Sequence record: MK327941.1
Length of the DNA: 64,000 bases
Source: Escherichia phage vB_EcoM_G37-3
Reading direction: 5' to 3' (one strand)
In this document: positions 10,801 to 20,057 of the stretch, piece by piece
How positions within the stretch are numbered: position 1 is the first letter of the stretch
Layout of the letters: each line of letters starts with the position of its first letter
Position numbers and translations under genes: made by a program
Notes under the pieces: model-generated
Databases searched by the model: none
What the model saw: the letters and a program-made list of their open reading frames with translations, nothing else
What the model was told of the DNA's origin: nothing

Positions 10801-10937
10801 TTGCAATGAGTCCACTGTTTGACCAGTCGGCGGTAACATTCTCTATGTTCCGTGAGCTTGTGGATAAACGGTTGAAGGATAATATAGGGAATCCACGCGA
10901 TCCGAAGAATCCGACACAGAGGAAAATTAATGGCTAA
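7851..10937 (+). CDS. 7: baseplate wedge protein gp7
   Basis: 1028 aa (T4 gp7 1032 aa from memory); position. Confidence 0.8.
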   Translation: MIKAPSVTSLTIEKLSANQAYITWDDVGENFFYFVELAETRTRDGEIIPVDELSWVNLGYTAEQNWFEDKNLFPEYYYKFRVAVAAEGFEQSKWVETEEFQTFKTNAYNFSMMREFNLANEFIKEKFTYDNREYVKFNTDLIQASLMKEDFVFSPEYANMTNISNYIVVDENFHEIQDHIEKVCTDINHTMLAEMNGVLYLFERFQPIVKVSNDKGQSWKAYKAFNDRVGNPVSRTCVYQSKTTTYVLGYDRIFYGRQASDTRWSADDVRFSDDTITFAKVGDENDLGFDVEVFGVFSRLTGDTTKYAEAMACSDDYLWVGAKDVIRRIRLKNTPVDTVQGSPTFGEKIFDPDVIRVTGNDKAVIQKMDVVDGKLLVFVTGEVKQRYQDPTKPENVVPSDDAGVYLIGSDGLSFQRVFGNTPQEREYIQHGFSNMSTNGDEVFISHYNHHFESILPDPETAEKYELGEAVKYSHEPTYLTDKKIHQTTFRASYDDLRIWELGPQAYYNEADYTWMRRNGVRVWITNDNRPLVVYPEVIYTQEVDTSGILDQNRINREVYDKGTVTCYLNNVKFEGFKQYASGVMFHKNTGEIIGFYQFNYRVRDQVGVYWKPTNVAFVAELQNQVREVPWVPVHYDREQDPDLRPLLNKMTPDSFLLENENFRKFSEYYLQFLSDGSGTYYNKLKNLIKNKYPREKDAYEYLWSEMNKRNIYADKNKRDAVVRFFESRKSDFYSTKGVEASYKFLFKLLYNEDVEIEVESQAGLEYDIVVSSTNIDEDIVGRTIYTPTGRANVTYLEREYEGGRLRWRVTIHNLIGRFEEGQVIKSEKTAFEGMILVGVRGKELLSSSIDYINRSRSQYTMKIKSALPVSRYANDVMRFVHPVGFGFIGVTLLTMFINSGLSMKHTETIIQSLKNYKFDSGLPSVYPDRVADLDVDGNIKKDPLTGKALYLTSPLIGDEFPVPPEYDQENSELFHGLKASERRFAMSPLFDQSAVTFSMFRELVDKRLKDNIGNPRDPKNPTQRKING

Positions 10938-11925
10938 TGAAAATAGTGTGATCTATCGCTCAATCATTACTAGTAAATTCAGAACGGAAAAACTTCTGAA
11001 TTTCTATAATTCTGTAGGCGATGGGGCAAATCAAATTACAATTTATGGAACGTTTGGACGTTCGGAGCCGTGGTCAGAAAACGAAAAAGAGGTGGGCTTT
11101 GCCCCACCTTATCCGACCGATTCAACGGCTGGTGTTGTTGACATGTGGACCCATATGATGGGGGCGGTTAAGATTAACAAATCACTTCTTGATGCGGTTA
11201 TCCCTCGTAAAGATTGGGGTGATACCGGACAGGATAACCCGCGCACATTCTTTATCAATGACATTGTTGTTGTCAACTCAGCACCATATAACCGAACTGA
11301 TGTTGGTAGCGGCTGGATGGTGTATCGCGTAACCGATGTTCCTGATCGCGGTTACTGCTCGATTTCAAGCATTGACGCTAAAGTAGAGTGTTTGAAGTTG
11401 GGCGGAAAGTGGACACCCACTCATGAATCAATTGCGCCACCTGTAGGAAAGGGCGATTCTATTGATATGGGTGATGGGTATCGTTGGGAATATCTGTACA
11501 CAATTCCACCTGATGCGGCGATCAACCGTTGCACCAATGAACATATTGTTGTACCGTTCCCCGATGAACTGCGACAAGATCCGGCGCGTTGGGGTTATGA
11601 CAATGTGATCACCTGGTATAATGACTATAATCTGCTTTATCGGCTGAAAGTAGTAACTTTGCGTTTTCAGGCTTATATGGACTCTGCGCAATTCCCAACT
11701 ACCGCGTTAGTGGGTAATACTGGTTTCCGTCAGTTAAGCATTATCCTTAACCCATTGGAAAAGAAAGCACGCCCTAGCGATCCAGACGTTAAAGCGGTTG
11801 AAGATAAGTACCGACCGCAAGACTTAGAGCCACACTCAGGCGAAATGATCTACATGGAAAACCGACAACCTATCGTTCGGTCATTAGATCAAACAGAACT
11901 TGTTTCTGTATTGTTTGAGTTCTAA
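10930..11925 (+). CDS. 8: baseplate wedge protein gp8
   Basis: 331 aa (T4 gp8 334 aa from memory); overlaps gene 7 stop. Confidence 0.8.
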   Translation: MANENSVIYRSIITSKFRTEKLLNFYNSVGDGANQITIYGTFGRSEPWSENEKEVGFAPPYPTDSTAGVVDMWTHMMGAVKINKSLLDAVIPRKDWGDTGQDNPRTFFINDIVVVNSAPYNRTDVGSGWMVYRVTDVPDRGYCSISSIDAKVECLKLGGKWTPTHESIAPPVGKGDSIDMGDGYRWEYLYTIPPDAAINRCTNEHIVVPFPDELRQDPARWGYDNVITWYNDYNLLYRLKVVTLRFQAYMDSAQFPTTALVGNTGFRQLSIILNPLEKKARPSDPDVKAVEDKYRPQDLEPHSGEMIYMENRQPIVRSLDQTELVSVLFEF

Positions 11926-11940
11926 GTGTATGATTTAAAA

Positions 11941-11966
11941 AGCCAATTCTAGAGAGTTGGCTTTTT
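11941..11966 (+). terminator. rho-independent terminator after gene 8
   Basis: agccaa-N10-ttggct hairpin followed by TTTT. Confidence 0.6.
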
Positions 11967-11978
11967 CTATTTTGGGTG

Positions 11979-12006
11979 TTGACAATCTTGTCTGATAAGG
12001 TATAAT
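11979..12006 (+). promoter_or_regulatory. sigma70-type early promoter TTGACA-N16-TATAAT
   Basis: Consensus hexamers read in sequence; about 30 nt upstream of ATG 12036 with GGAGG SD. Confidence 0.6.
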
Positions 12007-12035
12007 GCTCACATCTAAACAACGGAGGATAAATT

Positions 12036-12293
12036 ATGGCACGTCGTAAATTTACAGATAATTGTGAAGCAATTCAGGTATCCCCTTGCGGTTGGGATGT
12101 GATCGCGAACGGTGAAAAGATCGGAGAGATCATCGATCATACTCATTCATCACTAGCCGATTACACCGATGAACTATGGGAGGGTATCAACTTCATGAAT
12201 GACACTAAACGATTCAAGACTATCGACGAAGCTATCTATTTTGTGTATAATCCAACTTTCGGTATGTGGGGAACTAGAAAATGGCACGCGTAA
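12036..12293 (+). CDS. hypothetical protein (85 aa), first gene of inserted early cassette
   Basis: ORF track; strong SD; begins MARRKF; overlaps next ORF. Confidence 0.55.
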   Translation: MARRKFTDNCEAIQVSPCGWDVIANGEKIGEIIDHTHSSLADYTDELWEGINFMNDTKRFKTIDEAIYFVYNPTFGMWGTRKWHA

Positions 12294-12613
12294 ACATTAA
12301 ACTACACTACACAATGGGTAAAGCTAAGTTCCCAATGCAAAAGCATTACTATGGTCTACGTGCACAAGATCCAAAACTCTATGGTACTCATTGGTTTTGT
12401 AAACATGATAACCAATGGCACACATACGAAGAAATGCACGAGATGATGAAACAGGGTATTGAATTGAGTTATTCTAATTATGACCATCGTATAACTTGCA
12501 TTCGAAAATTGAAACGATGGATTCGTAAGAATCCGCAATTTAAAAACTTTGTGTTCTTTATGTCTCATGTTTATTTGGGACATAGCGTTACCGTCACAGC
12601 AAAGGTTAAATAA
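12281..12613 (+). CDS. hypothetical His/Cys/Trp-rich protein (110 aa)
   Basis: ORF track; begins MARVNI; stop overlaps next start (TAATG). Confidence 0.55.
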   Translation: MARVNIKLHYTMGKAKFPMQKHYYGLRAQDPKLYGTHWFCKHDNQWHTYEEMHEMMKQGIELSYSNYDHRITCIRKLKRWIRKNPQFKNFVFFMSHVYLGHSVTVTAKVK

Positions 12614-13452
12614 TGGCACGACTTTCTAAACAAGAACAAAAATTACACGATCGGGTGATGGAGTTGATTAATTCAGATCGCCCATTGACATATGAAGAAA
12701 AAGAATTTTGCTATAATAACTATCATGGCGATGGTCTAGGCGGTTCAGGTGCATTCTTTACCCCAGAAGGGCTTGCATGGGATTTTACCATCGATGCACA
12801 TTGCACAGGAAAAGTATTAGATCTTTGTGCTGGGATCGGTCGCTTATCTTTTTGTATGTTACATCGTTGTAAGCCAGAAAAGATCGTATGCGTCGAACTC
12901 AATCCAGAATTTGCGCGGATTGGCAAGCGACTATTACCGGAGGCAGAATGGATCACCAGCGATGTATTCGAATTTGAGTCAAACGAAAAATTCGATGTGG
13001 TGATCAGCAATCCACCCTTCGGGAAAATCAATACAACCGACACAAAGGATGTATTTGAGTACACTGGTGGCGAATTTGAATTTAAGGTTATGACATTAGG
13101 CCAGAAGTTTGCCGATGTAGGTTATTTTATTGTTCCTTCTGGTTCCGCTGGTTTTGCCTATTCCGGCAGACCTTATTATGACGGGACCATGAAGTCTAAT
13201 AAATATCTAAAATGGAGCAAACAAACTGGTTTGGTGACTTATGCCGGATGTGGGATCGATACATCAATCTATCGTGATGAATGGCATAGTACCAACGTTT
13301 TAACAGAAGTGGTTGAGGTTCGGTATTACGAGAAAGAAGCCGTAGAAGCGCCTAAATCACGTCCTAACGAACAAATAGAAGAAAGTAAGGAGATTACCTT
13401 ACCGAAACAGGAAAGCGAGTCTGGGACGCTCTCAGATTTGTTTGACATTTAA
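12613..13452 (+). CDS. AdoMet-dependent amino-methyltransferase, gamma-class N6-adenine DNA MTase-like
   Basis: 279 aa; motif X-like GAFFTPEG, motif I VLDLCAGIGRLS, motif IV VISNPPFGK in gamma-class order. Confidence 0.7.
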   Translation: MARLSKQEQKLHDRVMELINSDRPLTYEEKEFCYNNYHGDGLGGSGAFFTPEGLAWDFTIDAHCTGKVLDLCAGIGRLSFCMLHRCKPEKIVCVELNPEFARIGKRLLPEAEWITSDVFEFESNEKFDVVISNPPFGKINTTDTKDVFEYTGGEFEFKVMTLGQKFADVGYFIVPSGSAGFAYSGRPYYDGTMKSNKYLKWSKQTGLVTYAGCGIDTSIYRDEWHSTNVLTEVVEVRYYEKEAVEAPKSRPNEQIEESKEITLPKQESESGTLSDLFDI

Positions 13453-13457
13453 TTATA

Positions 13458-13483
13458 AGCCGTCCTTGTGGACGGCTTTTTTG
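13458..13483 (+). terminator. rho-independent terminator after MTase gene
   Basis: agccgtcc-ttgtg-ggacggct followed by TTTTT. Confidence 0.6.
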
Positions 13484-13492
13484 TATGTGTTT

Positions 13493-13500
13493 TATAAATA
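13493..13500 (+). promoter_or_regulatory. late promoter motif TATAAATA upstream of gene 9
   Basis: Exact TATAAATA about 27 nt upstream of ATG 13528. Confidence 0.55.
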
Positions 13501-13527
13501 ATACATCATAACATGAGGAATTAAACA

Positions 13528-14382
13528 ATGGCACAAGTTCCAAAGAAAAGAATAGACACAGGTACTGTCGGCAATCCATCGACTGGCGATATCTTATATG
13601 ATGGCGGTAATAAAATTAACGATAACTTTGATTCAATATATGACGCATTTGCTGATCAACGTCTAAAAGAGATTGATCATGGTGCTGGTCGAATGGTTAT
13701 TCATGCCACGGGATACTATCAGAAACACCCACGACAAAGCTATGCAGGGTCGGCGGTAGAGATTGGTAGCTTACATGATATTGACACAACTCAAGGCGCA
13801 TTAATAGCAATTCTTCCTAAAGCTAAAGTCGGTGAGGGTGTTGTGTTCATAAATAGTAACGGTAGCTTTTCGGCAACAACACCACTAAACATTAGAACTC
13901 AAGCAGGAGATTCTATTAGCGGGTATTCCGGTGACGCGGTAATAACTCAACCTTTCTCAAAAGTCACCGTCTGGTGTACTGCCGTCGAAGGTAGTAGAGT
14001 TACCTGGCGGCTAGGCATCGAAAGTATGTTTACCGACACAACCACACCACTAGATAGGACAGTTAATGTAACTGGAGTTGCAACCAACGTTGCTATTGCA
14101 GCAAAAACAGAATATGTATCAATTAAACTATTAACAACCGCTAGCAATACGACGGGTTCAAAAATGCGCTCAAGCGAAACTCTATTGATGATTGATGCCA
14201 GAGCCGGAAAAGTTTACGCGACAGAATATGCGGTTTTACAGAAAACAGAAGACGAATTATACACGGTTCGTTATTTCATTGGTTCCGGCGATAAAGTATA
14301 TGCAGAGTATAAGGCTACTGGCGAAAATATTCGTTTAGCAGTTAAAGCCACAGACACTATTAAAATCGGGGTTGCTACATGA
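13528..14382 (+). CDS. 9: baseplate wedge / long-tail-fibre socket protein gp9
   Basis: 284 aa; N-terminus PKKRIDTGTVGNPSTGDILYDGGNKIN resembles T4 gp9 (from memory). Confidence 0.8.
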   Translation: MAQVPKKRIDTGTVGNPSTGDILYDGGNKINDNFDSIYDAFADQRLKEIDHGAGRMVIHATGYYQKHPRQSYAGSAVEIGSLHDIDTTQGALIAILPKAKVGEGVVFINSNGSFSATTPLNIRTQAGDSISGYSGDAVITQPFSKVTVWCTAVEGSRVTWRLGIESMFTDTTTPLDRTVNVTGVATNVAIAAKTEYVSIKLLTTASNTTGSKMRSSETLLMIDARAGKVYATEYAVLQKTEDELYTVRYFIGSGDKVYAEYKATGENIRLAVKATDTIKIGVAT

Positions 14383-16181
14383 AACAATTAATTAATATCG
14401 GTAACGTTGTAGATGACGGTACTGGTGATTATCTAAGAAAAGGCGGTCAAAAGATCAACGACAACTTTTCTGAACTTTATACTAAGCTGGGGGATGGAGA
14501 TACCCCCCACGCATCCGGTGCATGGAAAACGCATACAGATCCATTATTAAAGCCTAATTTTGGTGATGCGTGGGCTATCAATACAACAAACAACGCGGTG
14601 TCGGTAGAGCTTCCTAAAGGTGGCGTTGGTGATTATAACAAGACAATTAAACTTCGTGATGTTTGGCGCTCGTGGGCGTCTCATAACGTAACACTTAAGC
14701 CAGCACAAGGTGATACCATTAAGGGATCTCCAATCGACCGTGAGTTGTATAAAGATTTTATGGATGTTGAATTGGTTTATTGTGCGCCTGGACGCTGGGA
14801 ATATATCGAAAATAAGCGAGTTGACACGATCACCACGTCTGACCTAAGCACAGTAGCTAAGGAAGTTTATATTGCCACAGAAGGGCAAACAGATTTCCCT
14901 AATGTATTTGGTTCTAACACATATAACACTCGAAATGTTGAAGTATATTATCGAGGAAACCTTTTATATTATGGCAAGTCTTTTAGTAATGACTCTAACT
15001 ACGGTTCAATCGGTGAGGATGGATCACTTGTTGAACTTGATGGCAAAAGCATAAAACTTCGTTTTCCTTGTTCGGCTGGGGACACCGTTCAAATTATTAC
15101 ATATATGGACGGAATTGCATCATTCCGGTCTAGTTATATCACACACACAATTAGAGTGTATGATACCGGAATGACAGCACTAGAAACTATTCCGGGTGAA
15201 GTGTGGGTAGGTGATTTATCGACGAAAAAAGAATTTACCAATGCTGATTTGGGAGTTAGTAAACGTGATATAATTAACCCAAATTCATTTGAGTTATTAA
15301 TAAATGGTACTCAAATGATTAAAGCTGGTGATGCTGATCTTCCTTCGTTTGTTTGTGAAGGTGCTGACGGAGAAACCGAAGAGAGTTGCGCACTTGCTGG
15401 CGGTCAGTGGGTACAGTCTGGAGAAGATTATTCACTGGTATTTGATGAGAATAGCATTGTAACAGGGATTAAATTAGCTAAAGCGTTGGACAATAGAGAT
15501 ACTATCACAATTCGTTGGTTTAATAACGATATCGGAACTCTATTAGAATGGGATGGTGTCGGCGGAATTAAAGAAAAAGCAGACAAGATTTATCTCAATA
15601 ACGAAGACGAAGTTAATTTAACAAAACAAATTGAATATACCGACTTCCAGAATCCCAGCCAGAAAAACACTCGTCCGGCAGAAGAGTATTCAGGTCGAAT
15701 TATGGATATATATGCACTGTTTGATATTTTCCATCCGATCGGCACGATATACGAAAACGCACATAACCCAGCTAACCCAGCGACCTATATGGGTATTGGT
15801 ATCTGGGTTCGGTATGCGGAAGGAGAATTTCTTGCTGGTTGGTCTTCCGATGCCAGCGACCAGAATTTTGCATTAAACAATAACGATCTTGATATTCATG
15901 GACAACCTACACACACCGCTGGTGGTACTGGTGGTGAAGTTGCCTATCAAATCAAGAAAGATATGATTCCTGAATTACAATCCAGCGATCGTGTTTTGGT
16001 GAAAGACGATACAGGGTCAATTATCATTGGTGGTTGTCAAGTTGATCCCGATGCGGCAGGTCCAGCGTTTACGAAATATAGAGAGGATATCGTAAAAGTT
16101 AATTCTGGAAATGCTGATCCATCAATGATGGGCATTCTTCCTCCATATCGCACCGTTCATCGCTGGTTAAGGGTAGGTTAA
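14379..16181 (+). CDS. 10: baseplate wedge subunit and tail pin gp10
   Basis: 600 aa (T4 602); overlaps gene 9 stop. Confidence 0.8.
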   Translation: MKQLINIGNVVDDGTGDYLRKGGQKINDNFSELYTKLGDGDTPHASGAWKTHTDPLLKPNFGDAWAINTTNNAVSVELPKGGVGDYNKTIKLRDVWRSWASHNVTLKPAQGDTIKGSPIDRELYKDFMDVELVYCAPGRWEYIENKRVDTITTSDLSTVAKEVYIATEGQTDFPNVFGSNTYNTRNVEVYYRGNLLYYGKSFSNDSNYGSIGEDGSLVELDGKSIKLRFPCSAGDTVQIITYMDGIASFRSSYITHTIRVYDTGMTALETIPGEVWVGDLSTKKEFTNADLGVSKRDIINPNSFELLINGTQMIKAGDADLPSFVCEGADGETEESCALAGGQWVQSGEDYSLVFDENSIVTGIKLAKALDNRDTITIRWFNNDIGTLLEWDGVGGIKEKADKIYLNNEDEVNLTKQIEYTDFQNPSQKNTRPAEEYSGRIMDIYALFDIFHPIGTIYENAHNPANPATYMGIGIWVRYAEGEFLAGWSSDASDQNFALNNNDLDIHGQPTHTAGGTGGEVAYQIKKDMIPELQSSDRVLVKDDTGSIIIGGCQVDPDAAGPAFTKYREDIVKVNSGNADPSMMGILPPYRTVHRWLRVG

Positions 16182-16182
16182 T

Positions 16183-16827
16183 ATGATTTCTAAAACACGT
16201 TCTAAAGCAAGCGTATTTTCTAGCGACGCAGCATTCATTTCATACGATCCGGGGTCGAAAGACCCCATTATTGGTGACATTCGCCCAATTGGTGGATTAA
16301 ACGTAGACCAATCTCGCAAAGGTTCTTTTATTAACAACGTACAATCAGCCATTGATGATTTGTATAGCATTTCTATGCTTAATGTCGGTGATGTATTGGT
16401 AACTACAAATTCAACTCCACCGGAAGCGGCTGGACAAATAGAAACTCTTTCTTTCACTGGAACGGTAACAAATAAACACGATCCAGCCGCGACAAAAGTT
16501 GTAATTGAAGTTTTGGGTTATCCATTTGTTGTTAATGTTGGAACATCGAATGTTGCATTATGCGAAATGGTCACAACAAAATTTACTGAATTGAAAGACA
16601 AAAGTATCTTATTCTCTAAAGTTGAGAGGAAAGGTACTGGCAACGATAAAATAGAGATTCAGTATATTGATTCAAACGCACACGAAGCAACGGTCGTAGA
16701 AAAATATGGTATTAGCGTTCGTGGGGAAATAAATTCCCCTGCTCGTTATGGTTATGGTGCATGGTCCAGATTGGGAACGGAAGAAAAATTTGATTCAACA
16801 CTATTTTATTTTAAGCGTATTGCGTAA
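16183..16827 (+). CDS. 11: baseplate wedge subunit and tail pin gp11
   Basis: 214 aa (T4 219); position. Confidence 0.8.
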   Translation: MISKTRSKASVFSSDAAFISYDPGSKDPIIGDIRPIGGLNVDQSRKGSFINNVQSAIDDLYSISMLNVGDVLVTTNSTPPEAAGQIETLSFTGTVTNKHDPAATKVVIEVLGYPFVVNVGTSNVALCEMVTTKFTELKDKSILFSKVERKGTGNDKIEIQYIDSNAHEATVVEKYGISVRGEINSPARYGYGAWSRLGTEEKFDSTLFYFKRIA

Positions 16828-16838
16828 GGTGTAAAATT

Positions 16839-18242
16839 ATGAATAACACTATTAATCACGTAAAAGACGATGCACAGTATGTTAAGTTTGACCCTACCGG
16901 AAATTGGCCTAGCAATATAAAAAACGTACAAGCGGCATTAGCCGCTATTCAGGGATTTGCGATTGCAGGTCTTCCAACGGCAACCGAAGAAACAGCGGGT
17001 ATTGCTGAAATTGCTACTCAACAAGAAGTAGATGATGGGTTGGATGGAACGAAAATTGTTACCCCAAAAACATTGGCTGTTAAGCTGTCAAGACCGGACG
17101 CAACAAAACTTGTCAAAGGGATCACTCGCTATGCTAATAACGATGAAGCTATGGGCGATACTCCAAATATTGCAATTGGTCCTGATACATTAACCCATGT
17201 ATTCGAGAACAAGAAAGCAACGGAAACCGTACAGGGTACAATTAAAATCTGTTCTATGGATGCGGCAAAAATAGGTAGCGATGACACTATGGCAGTAACG
17301 CCTAAAAAGATGCACGCTGCTATTGCTCAGATTGTTCCAGGGTTGATTCCAGAACAAAACACGGCGACCGAGTCCCGTGAGGGTTTAGTTAGACTGGCGA
17401 CAAGCCAACAAACGCTTGCTGGTACTATCAGAGAAGGATTTGCCGTTAGTCCATATGCATTTTCCAACGCAAGAGCCAATGAAAATCAGGCGGGTACTGT
17501 TAAAATTGCCTCATCCCAACAAATGATTGACGGCAATGACAACACAGTAGTAGTATCAGCACAAAAATTTGCGAACACTAAAGCAACCACTGGACAATTC
17601 GGTGTTGTTAAGCTAACAGATAACCCAGGATCAGGCGAGGCAAACACAGCACTGTCGGCAAACGCTCGTGTATTGCCTCTAAGTGGTGGTGTCGTTACTG
17701 GTGATGTGTATCGTCATAGCGGAGGCGACGGAAACCAGTTTATCATTAAAAATGAACTGGATGGTCTTTGTATGCCTATTGGTGGCATCATTCTTACAGC
17801 ATTTAACAGTTTCGACCACGCACAATTCAAAATCTGTAACGGTCAATGGTTAAATAAACACCAATATCCAGTATTATTTTCACGAATCGGTTTCACTTAT
17901 GGCGGAGATGGTGGAGACAACTTTGCTCTACCCGATATGCGAGGGCTTGTTGCTAGAGGATGCGACCACGGTCGAGGACTAGACCCAGGTCGTGGATTTG
18001 GTACTTATCAAGACGACACCATGCAACATATGACAGGTAACTTCCCTGTAGCTAACCGTTGGCGCGGTTGGACTGGTGGTGCATTTGCCATCACAGGCGG
18101 TCAATGGAGCACGAACTATAAAAACGGTGGTGGCGATGATTGGGGTAGTATTGTTAACTTTGACAGCGCAAGACAGGTTAGAACGTCTGGCGAAACTCGC
18201 GTTAAAAGCCTTGCATTAAACTACATGATAAGGGTACAATAA
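16839..18242 (+). CDS. 12: short tail fibre protein gp12
   Basis: 467 aa; repetitive G-T-x-K/AG-x-A-x-IA segments and position after gene 11. Confidence 0.85.
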   Translation: MNNTINHVKDDAQYVKFDPTGNWPSNIKNVQAALAAIQGFAIAGLPTATEETAGIAEIATQQEVDDGLDGTKIVTPKTLAVKLSRPDATKLVKGITRYANNDEAMGDTPNIAIGPDTLTHVFENKKATETVQGTIKICSMDAAKIGSDDTMAVTPKKMHAAIAQIVPGLIPEQNTATESREGLVRLATSQQTLAGTIREGFAVSPYAFSNARANENQAGTVKIASSQQMIDGNDNTVVVSAQKFANTKATTGQFGVVKLTDNPGSGEANTALSANARVLPLSGGVVTGDVYRHSGGDGNQFIIKNELDGLCMPIGGIILTAFNSFDHAQFKICNGQWLNKHQYPVLFSRIGFTYGGDGGDNFALPDMRGLVARGCDHGRGLDPGRGFGTYQDDTMQHMTGNFPVANRWRGWTGGAFAITGGQWSTNYKNGGGDDWGSIVNFDSARQVRTSGETRVKSLALNYMIRVQ

Positions 18243-20011
18243 TGATCGAACAGTTAAACATTCGAAAGATCCCTAACGTCGATGGTGTCCCTGGAGAGGG
18301 ACAGCATTCTATTAGCTGGATTAAAAATGGTGAATGTCTAAGCGCAGCAACCACAGAAACAGGACACGAGGGGACGCTTAACCGCGCCCCTTATGCGATT
18401 CAAGAAAATATTGTTCGTCTGGATGAAAATTCTAAGACAACGGTAACAAAAGTTAACGAAGTTGTTACAGCAGTTAATGATATTAAAACTACTTTAGGCG
18501 CGGTTGCTGATGGTAGTATTATTGATATTGTCAATCAAACTATTGCAAAGGTTGAGTCTGTAGAAGAAAATTTAGGAGAAACTTCAAGGACATTACAAAC
18601 CACAGTAGATGAACTGGCGGAGACAGGAAAGAAAATTGGTGTTCGTCCGGCAGCAGATCCGAGTACACGAACAATATATGATGATATTTCTTTCATCAAA
18701 CAAGAATTGGGCGCTTTCCCTAACTTCAATATCAACGGTTCTCCAGATCCGGGTAGTTCCGGTTCCGGTATCAAATATCGAGTTATCCAGAATACGGAAG
18801 CATTAAACAACCACGGTCAGCGAATCCGCCAACTAGAAAACGACTGGCAAGATTCTGACGTTGGAGAGCTAACAAAACAAGTTAACAAAATGCGAAGCGA
18901 GCTAGGCGATACATCACTAGCAACACAGGACAATGTTTATCTTCGTCTTCGCACAAATACTCGCAATATCGCTAGTATATCAAACGAAGTTCAGGAAGTA
19001 AAGAAAGCGATTCTATTTGAATCAATTCCTGATATCGGGACTAAAGTAACTAAGCTACAATCTGATTATACACAGCTTAATGATGAAGTCAACGGCGTTG
19101 ACGCTGGTATCCGTCCTCGTTTAACTCTTCTGGAAAATAATATTGGCAATCCTCAAGCCGCTGGAAGTATTGATTATCGATTGACTAATCAAGAACGGGA
19201 ATGTGTAGATCTTAAATCTGTTGTCGGTGTTAGTGGTGCTGATGGCCTACGTGGTGAGGTTGCACGAATATCTAACACAGTTGGTACTGATAGTGAGCGT
19301 CATACTATCGCAGGTCGTCTAAAAATTGTAGAAAACACACAGGGACGACTAGAAGCTAGCGTACAGGATATCGAGCAAATGATCGGCGATCGAGATTCCG
19401 GTCTAACCGCCGGGGTTATTAAGCTGTCAAGCGACATGTACGGTAATCCAGAAGGAAGCACGCAGCTTGAACAAGATGGGATCGTGAAAACTGTTAAGGA
19501 ATTGAGCACATCCAATGCAAGTAAGGTAACAGACGTTCCTGATGATGGTTTCCATTATCTACGTAAGCACGGGGAATGGGTTCAGGTCGCATGGGCGGCT
19601 GGTGCATTTAAAAACACCGCTCAGATTGATATTACTCTCGACGGACAAGATCAATACAAAGGAATCCCGCTAAACGATATGACCGAAGAAGTTCCTGCGC
19701 GTGGAATGGTTAAGAGCGAATCTATTGTTACGGTTAACGACAAAGGCTTATTCCGTTGTGTTTTCCGTTGTTCTGTACATGCTGCACATAACGCTACTTT
19801 CGTAGTCGGTATTGCTAAAAATGGTCAGATTGTACATGAGGTACGAAATGGTCAGTATGGAACTGATGATTTAATTAGCTATTCTACCAGTGCTTTCCTA
19901 AATATTGAAAAGGGCGACCGGATCGATATTCGCATTAAGGGCGTATCCGAAGAAACATTAGCGCAACAGCTACAAATTAAAGAGTTCCTCTTTGGAATTT
20001 CTCCGGTATAA
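18242..20011 (+). CDS. wac: fibritin (whisker) with foldon-like segment plus ~120-aa extra C-terminal domain
   Basis: 589 aa; coiled-coil-like repeats; DGFHYLRKHGEWVQV resembles T4 foldon DGQAYVRKDGEWVLL; T4 fibritin (487 aa) ends right after the foldon. Confidence 0.8.
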   Translation: MIEQLNIRKIPNVDGVPGEGQHSISWIKNGECLSAATTETGHEGTLNRAPYAIQENIVRLDENSKTTVTKVNEVVTAVNDIKTTLGAVADGSIIDIVNQTIAKVESVEENLGETSRTLQTTVDELAETGKKIGVRPAADPSTRTIYDDISFIKQELGAFPNFNINGSPDPGSSGSGIKYRVIQNTEALNNHGQRIRQLENDWQDSDVGELTKQVNKMRSELGDTSLATQDNVYLRLRTNTRNIASISNEVQEVKKAILFESIPDIGTKVTKLQSDYTQLNDEVNGVDAGIRPRLTLLENNIGNPQAAGSIDYRLTNQERECVDLKSVVGVSGADGLRGEVARISNTVGTDSERHTIAGRLKIVENTQGRLEASVQDIEQMIGDRDSGLTAGVIKLSSDMYGNPEGSTQLEQDGIVKTVKELSTSNASKVTDVPDDGFHYLRKHGEWVQVAWAAGAFKNTAQIDITLDGQDQYKGIPLNDMTEEVPARGMVKSESIVTVNDKGLFRCVFRCSVHAAHNATFVVGIAKNGQIVHEVRNGQYGTDDLISYSTSAFLNIEKGDRIDIRIKGVSEETLAQQLQIKEFLFGISPV

Positions 20012-20017
20012 GAAATT

Positions 20018-20040
20018 AAAGGGGCGTTAAGCCCCTTTTC
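20018..20040 (+). terminator. rho-independent terminator after wac
   Basis: aggggc-gttaa-gcccct followed by TTTT. Confidence 0.6.
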
Positions 20041-20057
20041 CGTTTATAGGTGATATT

